Below are positions 61,301-64,000 of a stretch of DNA of 64,000 nt, one piece after another. The translations under genes and the position numbers were made by a program. The stretch is taken from contig OZ024741.1 in assembly GCA_964016885.1 (NCBI GenBank), positions 330,212,001 through 330,276,000 of the forward strand, read 5' to 3'. The first letter of the stretch is position 1. Every line of letters starts with the position of its first letter. The notes below the pieces were generated by a model, which was given only the letters and a program-made list of their open reading frames with translations, made no database searches and had not been told where the DNA came from. Source of the DNA: Eledone cirrhosa (lineage: Eukaryota).

Positions 61301-64000
61301 GGCAATTAGGTCCCACTTGTACGTTTTGTTTTGGCATGGCTTCTACTGCTGGATGCACTTCCTAATGCAAAGCACTTTACAGAATGTACTGGGAGCATTT
61401 GATTGTGACACTGAAACTACCATTTTCACAGGTTCGACTGGGTGATTTTCATTGTGGCACCAGCACTACCACTTTACAGGGTGGACTGGTTGCTTTTGTT
61501 GTACTCTCATCACTATCTTAGGAGGTACAAACATTGCACTGCTGGGGGTGATGGTTTTGAAGTGAAAAGTTTCTGACATATAGTCACTTGTAAATGAAAT
61601 GGATCTTTACCATATATATATATATATATATGTACAGTAACAGCCATAATGTTTTGGACGCATAAATGTCCATCATACAACTTTCAGTAGCTTCAAAACT
61701 AAGAATTGTTAAGTTATGCACATACATCAGTAACAAAGGAAGTTCAAACAATGTCCTAATCATTTTGACCATCTCAATGTTTAAATAAAAATACTCTTTT
61801 GCTTATAACTTGTGTTTCAGTGATCCTAAACAAGTATCATTTCATCCATATTTAGTTGATATCTATAATTTAACATCTATCAATTTTGAGCTTTTAGCTT
61901 TTTTTTAGTTTTTGAGCTACTGAAAGTTCTGTGATGGACATCTAGGTGTCTGAACCATTATAGTCATGTATTATCATTATCATCATCGTTTTTACATCGG
62001 TTTTTCCATGGTTGTATGGGTCCTGAGTACAGCATTGCTCCACTTTTCGCATTGCTGTGTCATCTCTGTCTCAGCAATTTGAGGTCAGCTCTCACCTTTG
62101 GCCAGGTTTTTCTTGGTCTACCTCTTCTGCGACTTCCTTCCACCTCGATTTCTTGGTACTTCTGCACCAAATGAATATGAAATAAATCACCCATTTTAAA
62201 AGGTTTCTGTTTAAAATCTTCCAACGTAATTCTATATAAGAACCCCTTGTAAACAACTATTTTAGAAATAAAATAGATAATAATTTCAATAAATCCCTCC
62301 AAATTCTTCCTTAAGTAATTGAAACAGACGCATGTCATTAGAAATGTGGTCATTTTTCCAAAATCAGTAAATGTATATATATAAAATAGATTTTACCCTG
62401 TATGGACCACAGCAAATGCTTTTTTAGCTTGTTCATAGAATTTAAATCTTTCAACTGGGATCAATATAATCTGCAAATATATACATATATGTTATTATTA
62501 TCATTGTCATCCTTAGTTTTATATCTGTTTTTTTATACAGCATGGGTTTAATGAAACTTTTTGAACAGTTGTTTTTAAACAAGATACAAAGATCTTAACA
62601 CATCTCAACACTGAGAAGTGGAATCTGATTATGTACAACGTACACAAATATCACTGCCTGCGAAGAGAAGAGACAAACACACACATATACATGTATCATC
62701 ATCATTTTACATAAGTTTTCCATGCAGGAATGGGTTGTTATAGTCTTGGACAAGATATTGTTAAAGAACCACATCTTCCTCATATGTTCCATGTTTTGGC
62801 ATTGTTTTTATGGCTGAGCACCATTCCTAATGCCAACAATTTACAAACCTTGCCTCAATGCTTGCAACACAGCAGATTCTGCTAAATGCATCCAAATGCC
62901 ACGAGGTGGTGTTAAATCCTCATCATAGTCATTGTCATAGTTTTAATGTCTGTTTTCCCTGCTAGGCAGGGTTGGACAGGTCTACATATACCAACTCAGT
63001 ACTGAAGCGGAGTTACTGATCTCTCAAACAGGCCAGGGTTCTGTGTCTCACTTATGTACGGGCTCATGTTCTACCAAGTGCACAAGAGAGATTGCCATGT
63101 CTTTGACACAACTGAGGATCCTCCCAACCCTTTGTTTGGCAAGATTTCTTCCTAACACCAACACCCACTTTACAGTGTGTACTGGGTATGTTTATTGAGT
63201 AGATCATCAAACACTAGCGAGGCTGTCATGTCTTTGACATGACTGAAGGGTCCTTCCAACCCTTTGTTTGGCTAGCCCTCCGCAGCTGGATGCCCTTCCC
63301 ATTACCAACCACTTCAGGGTTGTTAATGTGCTGTTGGAAGTGGGGGGAATTTACCATCCAATTGGACCACAGCAAGTCAGAACAAATACTGCAGGGTATT
63401 TCATCCGGTGCTTTTGCTTTTAATTATGAGGACAACACTTGCTGCATACATTATTTCATATATTACTCACAACTCTGTTCTCTGCAGCTTCTAAAATGTT
63501 CTGGTATTCATCCCAGTGAGGCAAAGGCAAATGTTCATCTTCACCAGTTTTCTCCATCACAAAAGCCTACAAGTAAACAAACATATCAAATAAACACCAA
63601 TTGTAGCCAATCTCTTGGATTTTAACAAGGCACTGTAAAGATAAAGTTGATATAAAGAATGATGTGCTTATGTGTGGAGAGGTGCTTGTGTGCAGAGATG
63701 CTAAAAAAAGACGGAAAAAGAAGTTGGTGGCAACTTCTTTTTCTGTCTTTTCATCTTCACATGAACATGAACACATTATTTTAAATCATCGTCGTCATCA
63801 TTGTTTAACGTCCATCTTCAACACAAGCAGGGGTTAGACGGTTTTGTTCCATTTGATGCGGGAATGGTTGGGAGACCGTGTCTCGCTTATACGGAAATGT
63901 TTCTGGAAGGGTTTTTTTACAACTGGATGCCCTTCCTAACACCAACCACATTTATAGTGTGGACTGGGAGTATTTTTACCGTGTCTCCTACACAACCACC

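Larger units (their letters stand above)
49789..64000 (+). repeat. tandem segmental duplication, unit B (runs off the window)
   Basis: Near-identical to 33121-47132 apart from scattered SNPs and a SINE insertion. Confidence 0.95.

Noticed and set aside
33121-64000. Duplication as a pure assembly artefact
   Set aside because: Not favoured, because the units differ by SNPs, a TSD-flanked SINE and a hybrid junction; haplotype stacking still cannot be excluded without reads.

Overview
Eukaryotic, AT-rich, repeat-dense genomic DNA, most likely from an octopus or related coleoid cephalopod (inferred from the tRNA-derived CORE-type and Nin-type SINEs, RTE-group LINEs with (GAT)n tails and abundant (AT)n/(CA)n microsatellites). 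It holds one complete 4-exon gene for spliceosomal Sm protein G (SNRPG, + strand, 16242-24844, 77 aa) and two downstream partial duplicates. These keep exons 2-4 with intact splice sites but lack exon 1, and sit in a ~16.7-16.9 kb tandem duplication (33121-49788; 49789->64000). An unidentified gene is transcribed divergently on the - strand (putative 5'UTR exon ending at 8116, first coding exon 3178-3017). Most of the rest is transposon-derived: an 848-codon RTE/RTEX-like ORF with a PHD finger, CRE-like, Helitron and hAT relics, and SINEs. The least expected signal is a cluster of Penelope-type (type I) hammerhead ribozyme motifs in the introns of the - strand gene. They have palindromic helix III and large (51-101 nt) helix II domains, and one has a U3-A8 covariant core. 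All structures and alignments were read by eye; no folding, alignment or database search was run.
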